DNA of 9,385 nucleotides, taken from the IMG/VR virus record IMGVR_UViG_2690316099_000013, one strand, 5' to 3'. Shown in pieces: positions 1 through 6,241 of this stretch (its first letter is position 1; each line of letters starts with the position of its first letter). The DNA comes from a virus. Its lineage: Duplodnaviria > Heunggongvirae > Uroviricota > Caudoviricetes. Below the pieces are notes generated by a model. It did no database searches. It had not been told where the DNA came from and saw only the letters and a list, made by a program, of their open reading frames with translations. The position numbers were made by a program, and so were the translations under genes.

Positions 1-73
1 AAATCAATATTGTGCGCGGTCAGCTCGTTCCTGGGGGGCGGCTGGGCGTGAAGATTTACAAAATTGAGAGTGA

Positions 74-628
74 GTGATCGTAAATATGATATATCCGGAA
101 ATTACAGGCAAAAGCGGCGAGCATTTACGTCTAAAAACGCTGGAAGCCGTCTGGATCCAGGGGAAATTACGGATGTGGGGGCGTTGGTCGTATATAGGTG
201 GTGGCAAACCAGGAAATATGTTCAATCAGTTGCTGGCATCCAAAAAACTGACAAAAACCGCGGTCAATGAAGCCCTGCGTAGAATCAGGGAGTCAGGGAT
301 TGATAAACCAGAGCTGGAAGCATTCTTGCGAGAGATGATCGCTGGCAGACAGAAGAGCTGGTTGTCTCACTGTACTGATGCAGAGGCGTTACGCATTGAT
401 GGGGTGATAAGTAAAGCGCTTGCACGTTATCCTGGATTGATTGATATCCTGCGGCAAAGGTACGAAGGGCGGGGGATGAGTAAACGCAAAATGGCTGAAT
501 TGTTGAATGAGGTGCACCCGGAATGGTGTTTTAGTACATGCGAAAAGCGAATTGCTAATTGGTTGGCTGTTGCTGAATATGCGCTATACATCCCTATGCG
601 AGAATCGTTTGCTCAAAAAATGTCTTGA
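74..628 (+). CDS. Putative late-gene antiterminator (Q-like), assigned by position rather than recognised sequence
   Basis: Complete 184-aa ORF (GTG 74; alternative ATG 86; stop TGA 626-628), bounded upstream by an in-frame TGA at 71-73. It is the last ORF before a promoter-like element and a strong intrinsic terminator at 713-737, which is the Q / PR' / tR' arrangement of lambdoid phages. I do not recognise the protein as lambda Q and see no classical CxxC...CxxC zinc motif. Confidence 0.5.
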   Translation: MIVNMIYPEITGKSGEHLRLKTLEAVWIQGKLRMWGRWSYIGGGKPGNMFNQLLASKKLTKTAVNEALRRIRESGIDKPELEAFLREMIAGRQKSWLSHCTDAEALRIDGVISKALARYPGLIDILRQRYEGRGMSKRKMAELLNEVHPEWCFSTCEKRIANWLAVAEYALYIPMRESFAQKMS

Positions 629-653
629 TTTTTTACGCATAAACTGTTTCAAT
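625..653 (+). promoter_or_regulatory. Candidate PR'-like late promoter (-35 TTGATT, 17-bp spacer, extended -10 TGtTTCAAT)
   Basis: TTGATT at 625-630 and TTCAAT at 648-653 are separated by 17 bp, with TG at 645-646. The element lies between the Q-like stop and the terminator at 713-737, where PR' and the qut site lie in lambdoid phages. Hexamer match is moderate and no transcription start is known. Confidence 0.3.
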
Positions 654-712
654 CCAGCTACGCTTCGCAAAGCTATACCGCGAGGCGAATAGCAGACATG
701 GACACCTGAAAG

Positions 713-737
713 AACCCGCTTTATGCGGGTTTTTTTG
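713..737 (+). terminator. Rho-independent terminator, tR'-like
   Basis: Perfect 7-bp stem AACCCGC (713-719) / GCGGGTT (725-731) with 5-nt loop TTTAT, followed directly by a T-run to 736. Position matches tR' downstream of Q and PR'. Confidence 0.75.
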
Positions 738-859
738 TGCCCGAAAAGCGGTACAGGACGTTAAATGCGCTGGTGGTTGCGAATGCCGGTCTTTCAGCTT
801 GCTGGCTTTTTCGACAAGAGGTATTGGTATGTCACGTTAACCGGAAAAGGGAAAAAGGC

Positions 860-1057
860 ATGCTAAAACAGCAGGATATGACCGAAACCGCCAGAGTGGT
901 GTTTAATGAATTAAGCGTCACCGAACCGGCGACCGTCGGGGAAATTGCGCAGAATACTTACCTTTCACGCGAACGCTGCCAGTTAATCCTGACCCAGCTT
1001 GTTATGGCGGGTCTGGCAGATTATCAGTTCGGTTGTTACAGACGCCTTCCGCAGTGA
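860..1057 (+). CDS. Small hypothetical protein (66 aa), possible winged-helix/HTH DNA-binding fold
   Basis: ATG 860 is preceded by AAGGG at 847-851; stop TGA 1055-1057. The segment ATVGEIAQNTYLSRERCQLILTQLVMAGL looks HTH-like. The longer ORF-track version (737..1057) would start inside the terminator T-run, so the internal ATG is preferred. Confidence 0.4.
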   Translation: MLKQQDMTETARVVFNELSVTEPATVGEIAQNTYLSRERCQLILTQLVMAGLADYQFGCYRRLPQ

Positions 1058-1207
1058 AGGCTTTTTAATTTGTGGTAATGGGCGGCTGGTGGGTGTTAGC
1101 GGCACCTGCCAGCCATCTGCTCATGCGTTGGGGTCACAAGCAAACCTCAGGCCCATCTGCTTTGCGCAAAAGCGGTATGAGCCTATCAGAGAAGTGCTTA
1201 TTGATCT

Positions 1208-2257
1208 ATGGCCAATACTGTAAAAATATCCAGTTGTGAGTTAATCAACGCTGATTGCCTGGAATTTATCCAGACCTTACCGGAAAATTCTGTCGATCTG
1301 ATAGTCACAGACCCGCCATACTTTAAAGTGAAGCCCGAGGGCTGGGATAACCAGTGGGAGGGCGACGATGATTACCTGAAATGGCTGGACCAGTGTCTGG
1401 CGCAGTTCTGGCGGGTGCTGAAACCTGCCGGAAGTCTTTACCTGTTCTGTGGTCATCGCCTGGCATCTGACACCGAAATCATGATGCGTGAGCGCTTTAA
1501 TGTGCTGAACCACATTATCTGGGCGAAGCCGTCCGGACGCTGGAACGGGTGCAATAAGGAAAGTCTGCGGGCGTATTTTCCGGCAACAGAGCGCATTCTG
1601 TTTGCAGAACATTATCAGGGACCGTATCGCCCGAAAGATGATGGCTATGTGGCACAGGGGCGCGAGCTAAAACAGCACGTCATGGCCCCGCTGATTTCTT
1701 ACTTTCGTGATGCGCGTAAATCACTGGGAATAACGTCAAAACAGATAGCGGAAGCCACCGGAAAGAAAAACATGGCTTCGCACTGGTTTGGTGCCAGTCA
1801 GTGGCAGTTACCGAACGAGGGTGATTACAATAAATTGCAGGCGTTGTTTGCGCGTGTTGCGGCAGAAAAACATCAGCGCGGGGAACTGGAAAAGCCACAC
1901 CACCAGCTGGTCAGCACATACAGTGAGCTGAACCGGCAGTATACGGAACTGCTGAGTGAATATAAAAATTTGCGGCGGTATTTCGGTGTGACGGCGCAGG
2001 TTCCGTACACCGATGTCTGGACGCATAAACCGGTGCAGTACTATCCAGGGAAACATCCGTGCGAAAAACCGGCAGAAATGCTGCAGCAGATAATCAACGC
2101 GAGCAGTCGTCCGGGAGACCTGGTTGCAGATTTTTTTATGGGTTCAGGTTCAACGGTAAAAGCGGCGATGGCACTGGGGCGTTGTGCGATTGGTGTTGAG
2201 CTGGAGACCGGACGTTTTGAACAGACAGTCAGGGAAGTTCAGGATTTAATCGTTTGA
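1208..2257 (+). CDS. DNA methyltransferase, beta-class amino-MTase (N6-adenine or N4-cytosine); no cognate restriction gene seen
   Basis: 349-aa ORF with the catalytic DPPY motif near the N-terminus (LIVTDPPY) and the AdoMet-binding motif FxGxG near the C-terminus (DFFMGSGST). This motif order (IV before I) is typical of beta-group amino-methyltransferases. Stop TGA 2255-2257. Confidence 0.85.
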   Translation: MANTVKISSCELINADCLEFIQTLPENSVDLIVTDPPYFKVKPEGWDNQWEGDDDYLKWLDQCLAQFWRVLKPAGSLYLFCGHRLASDTEIMMRERFNVLNHIIWAKPSGRWNGCNKESLRAYFPATERILFAEHYQGPYRPKDDGYVAQGRELKQHVMAPLISYFRDARKSLGITSKQIAEATGKKNMASHWFGASQWQLPNEGDYNKLQALFARVAAEKHQRGELEKPHHQLVSTYSELNRQYTELLSEYKNLRRYFGVTAQVPYTDVWTHKPVQYYPGKHPCEKPAEMLQQIINASSRPGDLVADFFMGSGSTVKAAMALGRCAIGVELETGRFEQTVREVQDLIV

Positions 2258-2306
2258 AACGGATGAGATTGCAGAATTAATTACGCACCATTATTATTCT
2301 GCTCCC

Positions 2307-2382
2307 GGCCCTTTAGCTCAGTGGTGAGAGCGAGCGACTCATAATCGCCAGGTCGCTGGTTCAAATCCAGCAAGGGCCACCA
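2307..2382 (+). tRNA. ileZ: tRNA-Ile2 (anticodon CAU, presumably lysidine-modified; reads AUA)
   Basis: 76-nt cloverleaf: acceptor GGCCCTT/AAGGGCC, D-arm GCTC..GAGC, anticodon loop CTCATAA, T-loop GGTTCAAATCC, 3' CCA encoded. Closely resembles E. coli ileX-type tRNA as I recall it. Symbol is by analogy with the ileZ-argN-argO triplet of Stx phages. Confidence 0.85.
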
Positions 2383-2389
2383 TCACATA

Positions 2390-2466
2390 CCGCCATTAAC
2401 TCATCAGGATAGAGCGCCAGCCTTCGAAGCTGGTTGCGCGGGGTTCGAGTCCTCGATGGCGGTCCA
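2390..2466 (+). tRNA. argN: tRNA-Arg (anticodon UCG; reads CGA/CGG)
   Basis: 77-nt cloverleaf: acceptor CCGCCAT/ATGGCGG, anticodon stem CCAGC/GCTGG with loop CTTCGAA (anticodon TCG), T-arm CGGGG-TTCGAGT-CCTCG, discriminator T, CCA encoded. The unusual 5' C and a 3-bp D-stem lower confidence slightly. Confidence 0.75.
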
Positions 2467-2479
2467 TTATCTGTACCCT

Positions 2480-2556
2480 GCGTTGTTAGCTCAGCCGGAC
2501 AGAGCAATTGCCTTCTAAGCAATCGGTCACTGGTTCGAATCCAGTACAACGCGCCA
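2480..2556 (+). tRNA. argO: tRNA-Arg (anticodon UCU; reads AGA/AGG)
   Basis: 77-nt cloverleaf: acceptor GCGTTGT/ACAACGC, D-arm GCTC-AGCCGGACA-GAGC, anticodon stem ATTGC/GCAAT with loop CTTCTAA (anticodon TCT), T-arm ACTGG-TTCGAAT-CCAGT, discriminator G, CCA encoded. An N-gap follows 3 nt downstream. Confidence 0.85.
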
Positions 2557-2715
2557 CGCNNNNNNNNNNNNNNNNNNNNNNNNNNNNNNNNNNNNNNNNN
2601 NNNNNNNNNNNNNNNNNNNNNNNNNNNNNNNNAGAGCCTTATACTGAAATATACCTGGCTCAGGATATTGTTGAAAATATTTTATGTTTGTCAAAAATAA
2701 AAGTTCTGTTAAGTA

Positions 2716-3069
2716 TTGATTGAGTGTTTGTTATACGGTCTAATGGTTTTTTCAGCATTAAATATTTATCATTCATATGGTGTGGGTAGAGTGAATATTG
2801 ATGAGGCGTCGGGGTGTTTCATCCTTAGGCAGCGTATTGATATAGTCAATGCAGCACGAGCAAAGGCCTTCAGCCGTTTGACAGTTTTGTTCTGTACTCC
2901 TGATCGTCTTTCGGGAAGAGACGTTATTATTCTGAATAGTGATGCTATACAGAGGGTTTGCGATGAGTTCATGGTTGCTAATTCAGAATTATTTGCTCTT
3001 GTTCAGGAGTACAACAGAATAGCCAGGACCTGTGGTATGGATGAACTTCGGATTACTCATCTGGGGTAG
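2716..3069 (+). CDS. Orphan hypothetical protein in the stx-equivalent cargo slot; start uncertain (ATG 2716 or 2743, GTG 2782 or 2791)
   Basis: Open frame ending TAG 3067-3069 with an AT-rich leader at 2633-2790. From the GTG at 2791, 10 of 93 codons are AGG, AGA, AUA, CGA or CGG, the codons decoded by the three adjacent tRNAs. I recognise no family. No convincing Shine-Dalgarno precedes any candidate start. Confidence 0.4.
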   Translation: MIECLLYGLMVFSALNIYHSYGVGRVNIDEASGCFILRQRIDIVNAARAKAFSRLTVLFCTPDRLSGRDVIILNSDAIQRVCDEFMVANSELFALVQEYNRIARTCGMDELRITHLG

Positions 3070-3149
3070 ATACATATCTGGATTATCACCTGTTACGGTA
3101 AAAAGTGATTGCTTACTGTTTTTGTGAATGGCATTGCAGCAGCCGGATA

Positions 3150-3236
3150 ATGTCAGTGCTGGCTGACGGTGTGCTGGTGGCGGGTGTGGTGGTTGTTGCT
3201 TTCCCGTTGCTGAAAAAGAAAACGCCAGACTGTTAG
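3150..3236 (+). CDS. Small hydrophobic peptide (28 aa, MSVLADGVLVAGVVVVAFPLLKKKTPDC); paralogue of the 3' part of the 3797-3949 gene
   Basis: ATG 3150, TAG 3234-3236. The first 11 codons are identical in protein to codons 26-36 of the downstream gene and differ only at synonymous third positions. DNA upstream (3098-3149) resembles the 5' part of the downstream gene but carries an in-frame stop, so this may be a decayed copy expressed from an internal ATG, or a remnant. Confidence 0.35.
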   Translation: MSVLADGVLVAGVVVVAFPLLKKKTPDC

Positions 3237-3374
3237 CCGGGTATCAGTTAGCGGGAGAAATTTTTAAATACTTCACAATTCAGGCGGTTGACTGTTGNNN
3301 NNNNNNNNGTGTGACTTTCTCTGTGGGCTGGTCACCCCCGGGCGCAGGCTCACCCACTAAAAGGAAAAGTCACG

Positions 3375-3800
3375 ATGTTTGGTATTTTCAAAAAGAAAAC
3401 CCGCAAGGCCATTACCGAGGTGAAGAAGATGGAGAACCGTGACGCAGTGGAGGCGACCGTCTGGGGCGCGTACTCCATTGCATACGCTGACGGCACCTGT
3501 GACGCGAAAGAAATCGCGGTACTGGAAAAAACCATTGCAGCACTTCCTGTCTTTGCGCCGTTCTCCGGTGAGATTGCACAAATGAGTGCAAATATCCGCG
3601 CCCGTTATGAAGCGTCGCCGCGTTCTGCCAATGCCGAAGCTCTTCGTCAGCTGGCTGATGTTGCCGGTACTGATGATGCAGTTAATGTGCTGTGCCTGTG
3701 TCTGGATATCGCTGACCAGGACGGTATCGCTCAGGAAGAAGAAGCGCAACTGAAGAAAATTGCGCAGGCGCTGCAGTTGCCGCTGGAGCAGTACCTGTGA
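3375..3800 (+). CDS. TerB-like domain protein (tellurite-resistance TerB / DjlA-N-like fold)
   Basis: 141-aa ORF, ATG 3375 preceded by AAGGA; stop TGA 3798-3800. It contains two segments with the TerB signature pattern (AYADGTCDAKEIAVLEKTIAAL and DIADQDGIAQEEEAQLKKIAQALQL), compared against the plasmid TerB sequence from memory. Codon usage is ordinary for E. coli, with no AGA, AGG or AUA. Confidence 0.6.
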   Translation: MFGIFKKKTRKAITEVKKMENRDAVEATVWGAYSIAYADGTCDAKEIAVLEKTIAALPVFAPFSGEIAQMSANIRARYEASPRSANAEALRQLADVAGTDDAVNVLCLCLDIADQDGIAQEEEAQLKKIAQALQLPLEQYL

Positions 3801-3949
3801 AAAGTGCGCGCCTTGTGCTGGCTGTCATCCTGTTGTTTCTGGTAGTGGTGGTTGATTTCACCGGACGACTGATGTCGGTGCTGGCAGATGGTGTGCTGGT
3901 GGCGATGGCGCTGGTCGTGCTCCGGCCTTTACTGCGTAAATCTGAATAA
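3797..3949 (+). CDS. Small two-TM membrane protein (50 aa, MKSARLVLAVILLFLVVVVDFTGRLMSVLADGVLVAMALVVLRPLLRKSE), translationally coupled to the TerB-like gene
   Basis: GTG 3797 overlaps the TerB-like stop (GTGA, 3797-3800). Alternative starts are GTG 3815 or ATG 3872. Two hydrophobic helices and a basic C-terminal tail. Stop TAA 3947-3949. Confidence 0.45.
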   Translation: MKSARLVLAVILLFLVVVVDFTGRLMSVLADGVLVAMALVVLRPLLRKSE

Positions 3950-3958
3950 CATCACACA

Positions 3959-3995
3959 AAAGGCATCTGCGGATGCCTTTGACGGGGTGTTTTTT
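3959..3995 (+). terminator. Candidate hairpin / weak terminator between the cargo module and the lysis cassette
   Basis: 9-bp stem AAAGGCATC (3959-3967) / GATGCCTTT (3972-3980) with loop TGCG, followed by a T6 run at 3990-3995 after a 9-nt spacer. A second T-rich tract lies at 4014-4024. Non-canonical spacing, so this is tentative. Confidence 0.3.
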
Positions 3996-4035
3996 ACGGG
4001 TCGCTGGTGGCCCTTTTTTATTTTCAGGAGGAAGT

Positions 4036-4428
4036 ATGTCTGAACCCTTATCCGGTTCCGGCACGGCTGCGGCGCTGGGGGGCGCGACGGTATTCGGGCT
4101 GTTTACCGGGATGGATTTCGGGATTGTGTTTGGCGCGTTCGCCGGGGCGTTATTTGTGGCAACGATGCCGCAGTCACTTTCAGTCTGGCGCGTGGTGGCG
4201 CATTTTCTGGTGTCGTTTATTGTCGGCGTGCTGGGAGCGCGTGTGCTGTCAGCCTGGATTGCATCAAAAACAGGGTATGACGGTACATCAGCAGATGCGC
4301 TTTGCGCGGTGCTGGTCTCGGTGGTGTCGGTGAAGATTCTCTCGTTCATCCACCAGCAGGATATTGCATCGCTGGTGTCCGGTGTGTTCTCCCGCCTGCG
4401 GGGTGGAGGAGGCGGCAATGTTAAGTAA
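4036..4428 (+). CDS. Holin-like multi-TM membrane protein (130 aa), first gene of the lysis cassette
   Basis: ATG 4036 with a strong Shine-Dalgarno AGGAGG at 4026-4031. It has 3-4 predicted hydrophobic helices, Gly-rich segments and a charged C-terminus (RLRGGGGGNVK), and sits directly upstream of the endolysin. Call is by topology and synteny, not recognised homology. The ORF-track start at 3973 includes the terminator region and is rejected. Confidence 0.55.
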   Translation: MSEPLSGSGTAAALGGATVFGLFTGMDFGIVFGAFAGALFVATMPQSLSVWRVVAHFLVSFIVGVLGARVLSAWIASKTGYDGTSADALCAVLVSVVSVKILSFIHQQDIASLVSGVFSRLRGGGGGNVK

Positions 4429-4693
4429 CCTTCCCGGATTGCTGAATGTGGCGTTATGCACGGTTATCGTGCTGACGCTCTTTTTTTATCGTCGCCGTGA
4501 TTCCAGACATAAACCGCTGGTGTCATGGCTGGCCTGGCTGCTGATGCTGCTGTATGCCTTTGCGCCCCTCAGCTATCTGTGTGGTCGCCCGTTAGCAACG
4601 GGCTGGCTGGAAGTGTTTTTTAACCTGCTGTTCTGCGTGCTGGTGATACGCGCACGCGGGAACGTCACAAAAATCTTTCCATTGTTGAGGTGA
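4418..4693 (+). CDS. Second small membrane protein of the lysis cassette (91 aa; holin or antiholin-like, 2-3 TM)
   Basis: ATG 4418 preceded by GGAGGAGG at 4405-4412 with a 5-nt spacer. It overlaps the upstream gene by 11 nt, and its stop TGA 4691-4693 abuts the endolysin start. Hydrophobic helices LLNVALCTVIVLTLFFY, LVSWLAWLLMLLYAFAPL and WLEVFFNLLFCVLVI. Confidence 0.5.
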   Translation: MLSNLPGLLNVALCTVIVLTLFFYRRRDSRHKPLVSWLAWLLMLLYAFAPLSYLCGRPLATGWLEVFFNLLFCVLVIRARGNVTKIFPLLR

Positions 4694-4695
4694 AT

Positions 4696-5031
4696 ATGCC
4701 GGGTAAATTCAGATTCAGCCGTCGCAGTGAAAAAAATCTGGAGGGTGTCAAACCACAGCTGGTTGCTGTAGTTCGCCGTGCGCTGGAGCTGACGGAGGTT
4801 GATTTCGGTATTACGGAAGGCCTGCGCAGTAAGTATCGCCAGAAACAGCTGGTTGCGGAAGGGAAAAGCCAGACCATGAACAGCCGCCACCTGACCGGTG
4901 ATGCGGTGGATGTTGTGGCCTACATTGGCAGTCAGGTGTCATGGGAGTGGCCTCTGTACGAGAAAATCGCACAGGCATTTAAGCAGGCTGCCGCAGAGCT
5001 GGGGATCGCTATCGAATGGGGCGGGGACTGG
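4696..5031 (+). CDS. Endolysin, peptidase M15-like (VanY / L-alanyl-D-glutamate peptidase type), 3' end lost in the N-gap
   Basis: ATG 4696 preceded by GAGG at 4687-4690. The first 112 aa (MPGKFRFSRRSEKNLEGVKPQLVAVVRRALELTEVDFGITEGLRSKYRQKQLVAEGKSQTMNSRHLTGDAVDV...) resemble small phage M15-family endolysins from memory, and the gene sits directly after two holin-like genes. Truncated at 5032. Confidence 0.7.
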
Positions 5032-5482
5032 NNNNNNNNNNNNNNNNNNNNNNNNNNNNNNNNNNNNNNNNNNNNNNNNNNNNNNNNNNNNNNNNNNNNN
5101 NNNNNNNNNNNNNNNNNNNNNNNNNNNNNNNNNNNNNNNNNNNNNNNNNNNNNNNNNNNNNNNNNNNNNNNNNNNNNNNNNNNNNNNNNNNNNNNNNNNN
5201 NNNNNNNNNNNNNNNNNNNNNNNNNNNNNNNNNNNNNNNNNNNNNNNNNNNNNNNNNNNNNNNNNNNNNNNNNNNNNNNNNNNNNNNNNNNNNNNNNNNN
5301 NNNNNNNNNNNNNNNNNNNNNNNNNNNNNNNNNNNNNNNNNNNNNNNNNNNNNNNNNNNNNNNNNNNNNNNNNNNNNNNNNNNNNNNNNNNNNNNNNNNN
5401 NNNNNNNNNNNNNNNNNNNNNNNNNNNNNNNNNNNNNNNNNNNNNNNNNNNNNNNNNNNNNNNNNNNNNNNNNNNNNNNNNN

Positions 5483-5604
5483 GTAGCGATACTGGTGCCT
5501 TTTTTATTGGTGGGGTGCGTCAGCCTGGATAAGGCGCGCCAGCTTTTCGATACCGCGTCTCAGGTCTGTGAAATTGTCGACGGTGTTCGGCAGTGTCTGC
5601 AGAA
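5483..5604 (+). CDS. Fragment of a putative spanin or outer-membrane lipoprotein, both ends in N-gaps
   Basis: The frame-2 translation VAILVPFLLVGC|VSLDKARQLFDTASQVCEIVDGVRQCLQ shows a hydrophobic stretch ending in a lipobox-like LVGC, with no Asp at +2. Its position downstream of the endolysin is where Rz/Rz1-type spanins lie. Only 122 bp is available. Confidence 0.25.
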
Positions 5605-5872
5605 NNNNNNNNNNNNNNNNNNNNNNNNNNNNNNNNNNNNNNNNNNNNNNNNNNNNNNNNNNNNNNNNNNNNNNNNNNNNNNNNNNNNNNNNNNNNNNNN
5701 NNNNNNNNNNNNNNNNNNNNNNNNNNNTAAATTCTTTCTGTCGCCGCGAATACTCAAATGTTGATCAGTGCCCGGTGCGGCGACGGGCTTCGATATCAGG
5801 AGACGATGATGGAAAAAAACAGAAAACAAACCGATTGTAATTGGTGCTGATGCTGCTCCGTTTAAGTTTGAG

Positions 5873-6202
5873 TTGTCTCAACTGGTGGAGATGCGTATCA
5901 GTGATGAATGGGGTGAGGTTAAAGCCCGCGCGCAGTATGCGGATGGCGAAAACCAGTACTTGATCCACTACAAAGCAGCTGATGGTCGCGCCACGACGGA
6001 GTGGTTTGGTGAGTCAATGCTGGAAGCAACAGAAGATGATCGTCATCCGGGTTGTCCGGTATTTGCCGGTATGAAATTACCGGAAGGTGCAGTTGAACTG
6101 CAGCCGGGTGAGGTGTTCGTAATGACAGACATCATTGATGGTAAACCGCAGTATTCGCGTATTGAAATGAATAGTAAGAGTGCTCGCCTGATTCGTGAGT
6201 AA
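5873..6202 (+). CDS. Hypothetical protein; probably the 3' part of a longer gene starting at ATG 5806/5809 that is split at an A7 homopolymer (5813-5819)
   Basis: Frame is open from 5810 to TAA 6200-6202; the track start is TTG 5873. An AGGAG Shine-Dalgarno at 5798-5802 precedes ATG ATG at 5806-5811, but that frame stops after 14 codons. Removing one A from the A7 run fuses it to the long ORF. Confidence 0.5.
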   Translation: MSQLVEMRISDEWGEVKARAQYADGENQYLIHYKAADGRATTEWFGESMLEATEDDRHPGCPVFAGMKLPEGAVELQPGEVFVMTDIIDGKPQYSRIEMNSKSARLIRE

Positions 6203-6210
6203 CAGGCATT

Positions 6211-6241
6211 ACAGCAGCCCTTCACTCTAAGGGGTTGCTGT
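6211..6241. terminator. Hairpin between convergent genes (possible bidirectional terminator)
   Basis: About 10-bp stem ACAGCAGCCC (6211-6220) / GGGGTTGCTGT (6231-6241) with one G-T wobble and a 10-nt loop. It lies between the + gene stop (6202) and the minus-strand region. No clean U-tract. Confidence 0.25.

Noticed and set aside
737-1057. Long version (106 aa) of the small ORF starting at GTG 737
   Set aside because: The start would lie inside the T-run of the tR' terminator with no ribosome-binding site. The internal ATG at 860, which has an upstream AAGGG, is preferred.
1277-2056. Minus-strand ORFs 1277..1612, 1680..1898 and 1808..2056
   Set aside because: All are antisense within the methyltransferase gene, which has clear catalytic motifs on the + strand.
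2434-2723. ORFs 2434..2700 and 2508..2723 (+) and 2361..2549 (-) overlapping the tRNA cluster
   Set aside because: They overlap well-formed tRNA cloverleaves and an N-gap, so they are spurious.
2633-3069. Possibility that the cargo slot encodes Shiga-toxin-like A/B subunits
   Set aside because: The only ORF here is at most about 117 aa and has no signal peptide. There is no room for the larger A subunit plus a separate B-subunit gene, and the sequence resembles neither as far as I can recall.
3858-4418. Minus-strand 186-aa ORF, Pro/Arg/Thr-rich (MPPPPPRRRENTPD...)
   Set aside because: It is entirely antisense to the holin-like gene, which has a strong Shine-Dalgarno and membrane-protein character. 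This is a typical shadow ORF in a GC-rich coding region with a low-complexity translation.
4898-5764. ORFs of 288 aa and 156 aa (5016..5486) consisting mostly of X
   Set aside because: They are artefacts of translating N-gaps. The only real segment, 5483-5604, is reported separately as a fragment.
5806-5850. Programmed -1 ribosomal frameshift at the slippery-looking A AAA AAC
   Set aside because: The downstream ORF is in the +1 frame, not -1, relative to the ATG frame. A homopolymer length error or a genuine pseudogene is more parsimonious, so this is reported as a finding to check rather than a recoding site.
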